Shown here piece after piece: positions 37,964-46,201 of a DNA stretch of 53,340 bases (within the stretch, counting starts at the first letter, position 1; every line of letters begins with the position of its first letter). The DNA is from a bacterium (GTDB lineage: Bacteria > Fidelibacterota > UBA2242 > JAFGTP01). The stretch spans positions 1-53,340 of the forward strand of contig DATGCI010000255.1 of NCBI GenBank assembly GCA_035312185.1. Reading direction: 5' to 3'. A program made the translations under genes and the position numbers. The notes beneath the pieces are model-generated. The model was not told the DNA's origin. It saw nothing but the letters and a program-made list of their open reading frames with translations, and searched no databases.

Positions 37964-38719
37964 TTAAGGTTTTAAATGTTCAGCTTCACTACCATCAGGC
38001 AACATATAATCAGGATGATAGCGGCCTGATTCTTCCATTTTATAGCGCTGGCATTTTTGCCAGTTACCTTTGCAATAAAGTTCTGACCATTTTCTATCCA
38101 GGCGGCCCTGCTCTGTATATCTTTTTATGGGGCAGACTGGATACCATTTACATTGTTTTTTGAGAATTTTTAATCGGACGTAGCTAGCTTCCAGATTCCC
38201 TTGCAATTCAGGCTGATAAAGAGGCGTAGCAGGATGGGATAAGGGAAAAATTTTGATATCGTCTGCCACAATCAATTCTGCAATATGATCTTTAAAATTG
38301 TTTTTGGGAAGGTCGTTTATTATTCCATATTCATCAAAGATAAATTTAGTTGCATAATAACCCAGGGGAACCAAAATATCGGGCCTGGTTAGTTCTATTT
38401 CTTGCATTAAATATTTGCTGCAGCTTTCGATTTCATCCTGTTTGGGCTTACGACAGCCTGGTAACATGCACTTTATTAGATTAGTGATATAAAAATCATT
38501 CCAGCTTAATTCTGCTTTCTGAATCAATTCGCGAAAAATTTGTCCGGAGGGGCCGACAAACATGGCATCCTGTTCATCCTCCATTTCCCCTGGAGCCTGG
38601 GGTATCAAAAATAATCTTGCTTCAGGATTGCCTTCTCCAACAAGAGCGTGTTGCCTGGTCTTATGCAATCGACATTTTGTGCAACTTCTTATTTTTTTGT
38701 TTAATTCTTCTAAAGTCAT
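37964..38719 (-). CDS. Family 4 uracil-DNA glycosylase with about 60-aa Cys-rich C-terminal extension
   Basis: CTKCRLHKTRQHALVGEGNP; PQAPGEMEDEQDAMFVGPSG; extension CKWYPVCP...YCKGNWQKC. Confidence 0.85.
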   Translation of the reverse strand: MTLEELNKKIRSCTKCRLHKTRQHALVGEGNPEARLFLIPQAPGEMEDEQDAMFVGPSGQIFRELIQKAELSWNDFYITNLIKCMLPGCRKPKQDEIESCSKYLMQEIELTRPDILVPLGYYATKFIFDEYGIINDLPKNNFKDHIAELIVADDIKIFPLSHPATPLYQPELQGNLEASYVRLKILKKQCKWYPVCPIKRYTEQGRLDRKWSELYCKGNWQKCQRYKMEESGRYHPDYMLPDGSEAEHLKP

Positions 38720-38846
38720 TGGTACTTATTGGTGTTAGTATTCTAAAACTAAGTTTTATTCTTTCGCTCCTGAATTATTGCATTCTTTTCATAGAGAATT
38801 TCTCTGTTAAAATCCCAATGGAAAATGATATTAAATAGATAATAAA

Positions 38847-39095
38847 TCATGAATTCTCTTCTTGCAATAGCTTTCTTTGATTATAGACACTCCGGGGGTT
38901 TTGATGACACCAGCCGCAGCGACGATAATTTGCTTCCGGTTCCGGAGTCTCAACTGGCTTCTTTTTACCATGAGCATCATACATTGGCTTTACCATGGTG
39001 CGAAATTCTACAATTGTTCCCGAATCATCGCAATAGGGACAATGTTCCCATTTTTCCTCTGATATTTTTATCTGTTTCATAGCCTTACCTGTCAT
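38847..39095 (-). CDS. Small Cys-containing (zinc-ribbon-like) hypothetical protein
   Basis: CPYCDDSG and CGWCHQ pairs; tightly follows the DUF89 gene; start uncertain (39095 or 39080). Confidence 0.4.
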   Translation of the reverse strand: MTGKAMKQIKISEEKWEHCPYCDDSGTIVEFRTMVKPMYDAHGKKKPVETPEPEANYRRCGWCHQNPRSVYNQRKLLQEENS

Positions 39096-39103
39096 AAAAT
39101 GAG

Positions 39104-39955
39104 CTATACTCTTTTCTCATTATCTATAAGGATTAAAGAACCTTCTGGGACTCCAATATCCCTGGCAATCACCTCACATTTAGCTTTTAATAAAAAGAAA
39201 ATTGGACGATCTATTGCCGAGAGAGCCTCGTAATTGCCCTGCCCCTTACTGATGATCATGTCGGCATTATCAAAGAGTTCTAAAAATTTATCATTACAGG
39301 TTTCTAGGACTGTTCCCGGAGCAGATGTTCCTGATGAAATCACCCGGGCAACTTTATCTATCCCAACCGTAGATGCTTCTTTTTTGGTAATGTCATTTAT
39401 TACGGGTTTCTCGCGAACAGCAAAAGTGACCGGTGTATCAATTTCTTCAATAAGAAGTTTATCAAAAACTGCTTCACCGGCATTATCCCCGAGATAAAGA
39501 ATATTATTGCTTTCCTTGATATATTTCTTGAAAGTTTCAAAATGATTAATATATAGATCCTGGTGCAAGGATTTTAGAATATCTTCCTCAATATTGAAGG
39601 TTTTAGTGGCACCCAGATCTATTATATTTCCTGCAATAGCCAGTTTAACAGCGTCCAGGAGGCGGTCATCAGATTCATCCAGAATTTCTTTCATATGAGG
39701 ATAGAGTTTAGTGGCTTTTTCAATATGTTCTTTTTTATTAGCAGCAAAGGGATCGGGATTGCCACTGACTTTTTTAATTCTTTCATACATGTGCAAGGCG
39801 ATCTCAGGTGGACTGCTCTCCATGGGAATGCCACGAATCATTTCTCCAACATTATCTAGAATATCTTTTACTCTAGATTCATCTTCTGTTGATAACCGAC
39901 CAACTCTTAGGGCCTGTTCCATAAAACAGGGAATACAATCAAGATAGGTTTTCAT
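39104..39955 (-). CDS. DUF89 (ARMT1-like damage-control phosphatase) family protein
   Basis: N-terminal LDCIPCFMEQALR; 283 aa; Shine-Dalgarno AAGGAGA. Confidence 0.8.
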   Translation of the reverse strand: MKTYLDCIPCFMEQALRVGRLSTEDESRVKDILDNVGEMIRGIPMESSPPEIALHMYERIKKVSGNPDPFAANKKEHIEKATKLYPHMKEILDESDDRLLDAVKLAIAGNIIDLGATKTFNIEEDILKSLHQDLYINHFETFKKYIKESNNILYLGDNAGEAVFDKLLIEEIDTPVTFAVREKPVINDITKKEASTVGIDKVARVISSGTSAPGTVLETCNDKFLELFDNADMIISKGQGNYEALSAIDRPIFFLLKAKCEVIARDIGVPEGSLILIDNEKRV

Positions 39956-40141
39956 TAATTTGCTCTCCTTGACTCAGTTTTCGATTTTAGTATAAGCTGA
40001 ATTGATAATAATTTGATTTGTTTTTTTGATGCCGCTGCTGTGGATTATCAAATCGAACTTGTTCTTCCAAAATCTTACTCCGTTCATTTTCTTTATAGAA
40101 AAATTCAAGTGAATAAAACATATAGGTTTAAGCAATCTTAT

Positions 40142-40522
40142 TTAGTCCGGATATTCTGAAATTTCAATTTTGTTACCGGAATGATCTTCAACAAAAATAA
40201 GGTCTTTTTTATTTTCCCGGGAAATAATATGAACCGGGTAGCCTTTTTCTTCCACACGATCTACAAAAGCCATTCTGTTGTTTTGATAAATGGCAATGTG
40301 ATTATAAACCGGAGTAACCTTCTCCTGACAATAGAATAGCTCTAAAACAAAGTTATCTTTGGCTAATACGACAATAGATGTGTTTTTCTCCAGTTTAAAT
40401 ATCTTTTTGGAAATTTTGGTTGGGATTTTGAATTCCTTGATTTCCTGCATCCCAAGAATGTCTTTATAGAAATTTTGAATATCTACTTTATTATTGATAG
40501 TTATTCCAATGTGTCCAAACAT
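40142..40522 (-). CDS. VOC (glyoxalase/bleomycin-resistance/dioxygenase) family protein
   Basis: 126 aa; HIGITI...FYKDILGM N-terminus typical of the VOC fold. Confidence 0.6.
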   Translation of the reverse strand: MFGHIGITINNKVDIQNFYKDILGMQEIKEFKIPTKISKKIFKLEKNTSIVVLAKDNFVLELFYCQEKVTPVYNHIAIYQNNRMAFVDRVEEKGYPVHIISRENKKDLIFVEDHSGNKIEISEYPD

Positions 40523-40533
40523 AATACTCCTTT

Positions 40534-41547
40534 TTAAAATAGGTTGTGTAATAAAAGTCCGGCCCCACCAATTATTAAGCCAGCGACAAGATTAATTATT
40601 TTAACATTAATGAAATTTTTACGTGATTCTGCCAGCATAGGAAGCATACCATGTCCGTCCTGGACAATTGAGCTGGCCAATAAAATTGAAAAAGGTAATA
40701 CACCTTCGGCAAAAAAGGTGACAAAGATTAGATGAGGCCCCGATTGAGGTATCAAGCCTACTAGTACGGCTACCAGGAGTACAATATATTGATTGGAGTC
40801 GATAACTTGCTTCAAATCAATATGAGCAGTAAGCAAATTGAGAACCAGAAGCGCTCCAAAGGTCCATAAAAAAATCTGGGGAACGTGTTTTTTAACAACG
40901 TGCTCCCAGAGATGCTTCTCAAGAAAATGTTCTGGAACAGTGACAACTATAAAAAGAGAGATAGAACTTAAAACCAAAAATGTGATTCTCTTCCAATCCC
41001 AGATCTGAGGGCCCAACTTTCCGAAAATTATCCCAAAAAATAATAGTAAAGTCAACAGAATAAGAACGCCTCTTTGCAAAGATAGGCTTTTTATTTGATC
41101 TGGAATTTCCTGAGTTGGAAAACAGTCGCACATTTCTTCTTGGTGAAGTTCAAGGCGTCTACGACCGGTGCCAATTGAAAGAAATTTATCGCTCAGAATT
41201 CCGAAAATTATCCCAACAACAAAAAGGATTCCAATAATAATAAAGGCTTTTTCAGGAATCATTGCCAGCATAACAAAAGTTTCGTCTCCACTTGTAGCAA
41301 TCATTGCTGCAACGACTGCACCGAAACTTATTACTCCATGGGAAAATAGAGCAACTGCTGTAAACGCTCCCAAACAACCCGGGATAATTCCTAAAAAGGC
41401 GCCTAGAAAATATTGCTTCCACTTACTTTTCTGTAGTGAATCATGCCAAACACCCTGTGTTTGAATATTGATATATTCGATAATTAGCATCATAACAAAG
41501 ACAAAACTGGTTATCATGAGGGCATGATTGAAGGATTTTAATAACAT
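40534..41547 (-). CDS. Polytopic membrane protein, possibly ArsP_2/putative metal(loid) exporter family
   Basis: 337 aa; about 10 hydrophobic segments in two halves around a charged loop; family assignment tentative. Confidence 0.4.
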   Translation of the reverse strand: MLLKSFNHALMITSFVFVMMLIIEYINIQTQGVWHDSLQKSKWKQYFLGAFLGIIPGCLGAFTAVALFSHGVISFGAVVAAMIATSGDETFVMLAMIPEKAFIIIGILFVVGIIFGILSDKFLSIGTGRRRLELHQEEMCDCFPTQEIPDQIKSLSLQRGVLILLTLLLFFGIIFGKLGPQIWDWKRITFLVLSSISLFIVVTVPEHFLEKHLWEHVVKKHVPQIFLWTFGALLVLNLLTAHIDLKQVIDSNQYIVLLVAVLVGLIPQSGPHLIFVTFFAEGVLPFSILLASSIVQDGHGMLPMLAESRKNFINVKIINLVAGLIIGGAGLLLHNLF

Positions 41548-41562
41548 TTTGACTCCTTTAGA

Positions 41563-41784
41563 TTAGTTATCCCGTTTTTTTCCGGGGTGAGGATTTCTTG
41601 ATGAATTGTTCTGGTAATCGGTTGCATAAAAGCCCTGACCTTTAAATACTAGGGCCGGGCTTTTTATCACTCTTTTTGTGGTACCGTGGCAACTGGGACA
41701 CTCTGGATAGGAGTCATCCCTTATGTTTTGCTTTTTAGAAAATGTATAACCACATTCTAGACATCTGTATTCATAAAATGGCAT
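41563..41784 (-). CDS. FmdB-family zinc-ribbon protein
   Basis: MPFYEYRCLECGYTFS...CPSCHG (CxxC_CxxC_SSSS type). Confidence 0.8.
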   Translation of the reverse strand: MPFYEYRCLECGYTFSKKQNIRDDSYPECPSCHGTTKRVIKSPALVFKGQGFYATDYQNNSSRNPHPGKKRDN

Positions 41785-41796
41785 CTTGTCTCCTAT

Positions 41797-42435
41797 TCAT
41801 ATTTCGATTTTGGCGCCAGCACCACCCTGTATATACTGATCTGTATATCGGTTTTTTATCTCTGCAATGTGCTGAGTACAGTGAGTCGGACAAATCATCT
41901 GAATCCCGTTTAATACTTCGTATTGATTAAATCCATGAAAGCCACCAATCAGAGCATACACATCTCCATAAGAACTAGCAACTTCAAGTATATTCTCAAT
42001 ACCCGGGTGAGAACATCCAACAATGACGACCAGGCCTTTTTCAGTCTGCATTATTAGTGATTGCTCGATGTTTTTTAATTCACCAGTAGAGTAAATATTT
42101 TTGTGAAGTTTACTGGCTTTCTCTATATATTGGAGTTCTTTTACATTTTTTATACCCCTTAATGATGGGGGAGAATATACAACAACATCATTATTTTTAT
42201 TTAGAAACGCTGATAAGCCGCCTACGTGATCATAGTGATTATGAGAGAGGAAAATTTCGTCAACACATTCGGGATTTATTTCTAGTTTTGCCATGTTTTC
42301 CATTAATATTTTGCCATTTGAACCGGTGTCAAATAGAATGTTGCATCCATTGGTTTCGACCAGAGCGGCGAAGCCCCAGTCGGATTTGAGCTCCTTGCTC
42401 AAAGTAGTGTTGTCATAAATTATTGTAATTTTCAT
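41797..42435 (-). CDS. MBL-fold metallo-hydrolase (COG1237-like), cytoplasmic paralog
   Basis: SHNHYDHVGG; aligns by eye along its length with 20369..21142; start reassigned to ATG 42435 (MKITIIYDN). Confidence 0.8.
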   Translation of the reverse strand: MKITIIYDNTTLSKELKSDWGFAALVETNGCNILFDTGSNGKILMENMAKLEINPECVDEIFLSHNHYDHVGGLSAFLNKNNDVVVYSPPSLRGIKNVKELQYIEKASKLHKNIYSTGELKNIEQSLIMQTEKGLVVIVGCSHPGIENILEVASSYGDVYALIGGFHGFNQYEVLNGIQMICPTHCTQHIAEIKNRYTDQYIQGGAGAKIEI

Positions 42436-42439
42436 ATTT

Positions 42440-43360
42440 TTACCCTTTGAATAATTTCTGTGGTAAAATATATTTTGACCCCGAATATTGTTTGATAAAA
42501 AATTTACCCTGGTCAATTAAATTTTTCAGCTCCGCTTTTTCGTCAAATTGCTCAGCAATCCATTGAGCCTGTTCTCTACGTAAAGGATGGCGAGCTGTGA
42601 TTTCACTAATAGCTTCTTGAGTGTCTTTATATTTACTAATATTGAAATTGCCGGTTTCATGATAGGCGATTGCCCGGGAACCGCTAATAAGTTTCTGAGC
42701 ATATAGATAGATACCTGGTTCTGGTGGATCCACATCTTCAGCAGGAGGACGAGTTGGTGACATTATAAAAGATTTCTCTGGGGCAATTTTTTCGATAATG
42801 GCTTTTATTCTTTTCAACTCTTCTTTATTATCGTTGTATCCTTTTACAAGCATAGTTTCTGTCCACACCTGCCCTTTAAAATTTTTGCTGAAATCAATTG
42901 TTCCCTGGACTATAGTGTTGAAATCCAACTCTTTGTGTGGCCTGTTAATTCTCTTGAATACAGTCTCCTGCCCTGCATCAATAGAAGGCATAACAAGGTT
43001 CGCGTTTTGAAGATCTTTTTGGACATCTTCTCTGTATAATAGAGAGCCATTTGTTATTACTGCTACAGGAAGGTCAAAATTTTCTTTACTCTGGTTGATT
43101 AACCATCCTAAATCACTATTTAATGTAGGCTCGCCATCACCAACAAAAGTAATATAATCGGCATTAGAATTAAGGACCCTCTCTTGTAGTTCTGAGAAGA
43201 TTTTTTGAGGGTCAAAAAAACTTTTTCGATCAACTGTGAATTTGTCAGTGCGACCTAGTTGACAATATACACAGGAATAACTACAGGTTTTCGCAGGGAT
43301 CGGGCTTACTCCGATTGATTTACCAAGTCTTCGGGAAGGCACGGGACCATAGGTGTACAT
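42440..43360 (-). CDS. Radical SAM protein (COG0731-like)
   Basis: YGPVPSRRLG...CSYSCVYCQ (CxxxCxxC); start reassigned to ATG 43360 with AAGGAG upstream. Confidence 0.8.
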   Translation of the reverse strand: MYTYGPVPSRRLGKSIGVSPIPAKTCSYSCVYCQLGRTDKFTVDRKSFFDPQKIFSELQERVLNSNADYITFVGDGEPTLNSDLGWLINQSKENFDLPVAVITNGSLLYREDVQKDLQNANLVMPSIDAGQETVFKRINRPHKELDFNTIVQGTIDFSKNFKGQVWTETMLVKGYNDNKEELKRIKAIIEKIAPEKSFIMSPTRPPAEDVDPPEPGIYLYAQKLISGSRAIAYHETGNFNISKYKDTQEAISEITARHPLRREQAQWIAEQFDEKAELKNLIDQGKFFIKQYSGSKYILPQKLFKG

Positions 43361-43422
43361 AAAATCTCCTTGGAAAAGTGAAGAGCCGGGAAAGCCCAAC
43401 GGGGAACTTCCCCGGATCTCTT

Positions 43423-43773
43423 TTACTCTTCTTCCAGTTCCTGAATACGATTATTGATATTTTCCAGATTGGCTTTTAACTGCTCAGCCTGATCTTTCAG
43501 AGCTTTTACTTCTTGCTCTTTACTTTGATAGGCTGGTGCAGGATTGGTTACAGGGGCTGTCTGGTTTACTGGAGCGGACCTCCAGCCAAAACCATAGCCT
43601 CTACCAAAACCATAACCGCGGCCTGGACCACGCCCAAAACCACGACCATAACCTGCTCCACCACGGGGAACACCTTTTGTGTAACCCGGAGTGGCGTATC
43701 CTGCGCAATAACCTAAACCTCGACCTGTCATAGGGCCGAAGCCATCAGGTCCTGTACGATCTCCTCTAGGCAT
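43423..43773 (-). CDS. DUF5320 domain-containing protein (Gly/Arg-rich, C-terminal coiled coil)
   Basis: MPRGDRTGPDGFGPMTGRGLGYCAG N-terminus; GRGFGRGPGRGYGFGRGYGFG repeats; C-terminal heptad-like KEQEVKALKDQAEQLKANLENINNRIQELEE. Confidence 0.75.
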   Translation of the reverse strand: MPRGDRTGPDGFGPMTGRGLGYCAGYATPGYTKGVPRGGAGYGRGFGRGPGRGYGFGRGYGFGWRSAPVNQTAPVTNPAPAYQSKEQEVKALKDQAEQLKANLENINNRIQELEEE

Positions 43774-43895
43774 AATGAACCTCCTTTTTTCATTAGCTTT
43801 TGCTTATATTCACAAATTTACCAGACTCCCGATTTTCGGGATTTTCTGTAATTTTGATATTTTGATAATTAAAATTCATAAAATTGATTTCAGTG

Positions 43896-44264
43896 CTAAG
43901 CATGATGACGATGACGTCCATCACCCTTGCCTTCTCCTCGAACACAAAGACTTTCACCGGATTCGAGTTTACCATTGATGTAGTCTTCAATAACACAATC
44001 AACATCACCTTGAACACCGATTATCCAATCAATATTAAATTCTTTGAAAAGACCTTGAGCTTTTCTTCCCATTCCACCGGCAATTATTAATTGGCAATCT
44101 TTGCTATTCAGAAATTTTGGCAGAGCACCAGGTGCATGCCCTGGATTACCAACTATTTCCTTATTCTTGACCTGTTCATCTTTTATCTCAACTATAGTGT
44201 ACTTCGGACAGCGACCAAAATGTTGAGCTACCTGACCATTATTAGTTGCAATTGCTATTTTCAT
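43896..44264 (-). CDS. NifX/NifB-C-terminal-like (COG1433) domain protein
   Basis: MKIAIATNNGQVAQHFGR...; 4-nt overlap with the DUF134 gene. Confidence 0.8.
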   Translation of the reverse strand: MKIAIATNNGQVAQHFGRCPKYTIVEIKDEQVKNKEIVGNPGHAPGALPKFLNSKDCQLIIAGGMGRKAQGLFKEFNIDWIIGVQGDVDCVIEDYINGKLESGESLCVRGEGKGDGRHRHHA

Positions 44265-44761
44265 AAATTACCTCGTTTTTGATTAGTTTTATTTGATTCT
44301 GGACCACGGGGGCCTCTTCTCTTTTTACCTCTACGTTTACCCCGAGGGTTAAACCAACTATTGAGGTCAACTACCTCCGGGGAATCACATTCCGGACAAT
44401 TAGTCGGTACAACATCTTCAATATTAGATGAGGAAACGTCCCCACAGCTCAAACATCTAATCAAATGATGCTGAAAAGAGAATGAACCGCCCTCTATTAA
44501 AAGATCTTTGACACCAATAATAGACTCGGCGATCTTTTTGCGGGCTCCATCTACAAGGCGTGTGAATGTAGGTCGAGAAATATCCATTACCTTGGATGCT
44601 TTTTTGTGAGAATAGCCTTTGTAATCTGCCAGACGAATTGCTTCATATTCGTCAATCGAGAGGATGATCTTTTCCAGCATACGACCGGGAACTCCAATCG
44701 GCTTCATCCCTTTGATTTTGGGGGGCGCTTCTACTTTACGATTTTTTCTTGGTCTCGGCAT
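44261..44761 (-). CDS. DUF134 (UPF0251) putative DNA-binding protein with C-terminal Cys4 extension
   Basis: MPRPRKNRKVEAPP...KPIG; HTH-like KKASKVMDISRPTFTRLV; CLSCGD...CPECDS; GGAGG Shine-Dalgarno. Confidence 0.8.
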   Translation of the reverse strand: MPRPRKNRKVEAPPKIKGMKPIGVPGRMLEKIILSIDEYEAIRLADYKGYSHKKASKVMDISRPTFTRLVDGARKKIAESIIGVKDLLIEGGSFSFQHHLIRCLSCGDVSSSNIEDVVPTNCPECDSPEVVDLNSWFNPRGKRRGKKRRGPRGPESNKTNQKRGNL

Positions 44762-44774
44762 GTGACCTCCATAA

Positions 44775-44788
44775 TGAACTATTGTTCA
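44775..44788. promoter_or_regulatory. TGAAC-N4-GTTCA dyad (TGAACTATTGTTCA), promoter-proximal copy
   Basis: Perfect 5+5 inverted repeat between the predicted -10 and the DUF134 Shine-Dalgarno site. Confidence 0.5.
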
Positions 44789-44793
44789 AAACA

Positions 44794-44822
44794 AATATAA
44801 TGAACTATGGTTCATAAGTCAA
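44794..44822 (-). promoter_or_regulatory. Candidate sigma-70 promoter of the DUF134-led operon
   Basis: On the minus strand: -35 TTGACT (44822..44817), 17-bp spacer, -10 TATATT (44799..44794). Confidence 0.5.
44801..44814. promoter_or_regulatory. TGAAC-N4-GTTCA dyad (TGAACTATGGTTCA), within the promoter spacer
   Basis: Perfect 5+5 inverted repeat 26 bp from the first copy; part of a 12-bp direct repeat ATAATGAACTAT. Confidence 0.5.
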
Positions 44823-44987
44823 GTTTTATCTCAATTTTTTGGTATTTTTTTTGTTTATAATGGATGTTATAGCGAAAAATTTCACTAGATTTTTTATATA
44901 CTTATATTTTTTATAATATTTTACTGCATTTTTGATTGAAATTAACTAACTTAACCGATAAAGTAAACGATTATTAGGAGGCCGAGT

Positions 44988-46004
44988 GTGGCTGGTGAAG
45001 CTATTACACTCAGTGATATAGCAGAAAAATTGAATGTCTCCAGGGTAACTGTGTCCAAAGCCCTTCGTAACCATCCCGATATTAGCGATAATATGAAAGA
45101 CAAGGTGAAAAAAATAGCCGATGAATTGGGATACGTGCCCAATTATATTGCACGAAACCTTTCTTCTAAAAAATCGCACACCATCGGTCTGCTAGTACCC
45201 AAAATTGCTCATCATTTTTATTCTAATTGTATTGAGGCTATCTATAAAACAGCTTATAAAAAAGATTACGATATTATTATGACTGTTTCCCAGGAAAATC
45301 CACAACATGAACGCAAACATATCCAGACTCTATTATCGATGAAAGTAGATGGGATTTTAGCATCTATTACTGAAAATACAGCAAATGATAACGATTTTGA
45401 AGTTATTCGCAAACGGTCTCTACCTCTGGTTTTCTTTGACCGAGTTTTTGATAATAGTTCGGATAATTATGTGATCACCAATGATCGTGAGGCTTCTTAT
45501 CAATTAATTGAACATTGCATAAAATCGGGTTATAATAAAATTGCTCATTTCACCGGTTATAAGCACCTAAATGTTGGACGAGAGAGGGAGAAGGGATTCC
45601 GGGATGCTATGCAGGAACATGATATTGAAATTAGAAAAGAATGGATCGTGCATGGCGGAATTAATGAAAAAGCCGGTTATAAGGGATTAAAAAAGCTGGT
45701 TTCACAGGTAGAATTGCCGGAAATTATATATGCTTTCACCTTTCCTGTTGCCCTTGGAATCTATACAGCAGCTAAAGAATTGCAAATTTCAATTCCAGAG
45801 GAACTCGAAGTTGTATGTTTTGGTGTAGGTAAATATAATCGTTATTTATCGTCTGCGATGACCTATGTGAATCAACCAGCTGATGAGATTGGCCGTCAGG
45901 CTCTAGAACTATTACTCCGTAAAATTGAAAATCAAGATAATCAGGCCGAGCAAATTGTCGTACCATCAGAGTTGAAAATTTGCAAATCCTGTAGAATTAA
46001 ATGA
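44988..46004 (+). CDS. LacI-family transcriptional regulator
   Basis: HTH ITLSDIAEKLNVSRVTVSKALRN; periplasmic-binding-fold C-terminus; GTG start with AGGAGG upstream. Confidence 0.9.
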   Translation: MAGEAITLSDIAEKLNVSRVTVSKALRNHPDISDNMKDKVKKIADELGYVPNYIARNLSSKKSHTIGLLVPKIAHHFYSNCIEAIYKTAYKKDYDIIMTVSQENPQHERKHIQTLLSMKVDGILASITENTANDNDFEVIRKRSLPLVFFDRVFDNSSDNYVITNDREASYQLIEHCIKSGYNKIAHFTGYKHLNVGREREKGFRDAMQEHDIEIRKEWIVHGGINEKAGYKGLKKLVSQVELPEIIYAFTFPVALGIYTAAKELQISIPEELEVVCFGVGKYNRYLSSAMTYVNQPADEIGRQALELLLRKIENQDNQAEQIVVPSELKICKSCRIK

Positions 46005-46201
46005 CTGTTTATAAATGATATAAAGAGGTGAATATTTATAGAATTTATCCATGAAATCAAATTTGTGAATTAAAAAAAATACAAATTATTTGTAAAAATA
46101 AAAGATAGGGAAAATGGATGTATTCGGGATAAAAATCGATTGATTTAGACAATTATCCCAAAAGATAAGTAAAATTGAAATTAAATTTAAAGGAGGCAAA
46201 C

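Noticed and set aside
46126-46159. GGGATAA-N20-TTATCCC inverted repeat (with central AATCGATT) upstream of the sugar kinase gene as the LacI operator
   Set aside because: The arm spacing is atypical for LacI-family operators, which are compact palindromes of 14-20 bp. It could equally be a leader hairpin. It is not supported well enough to annotate.
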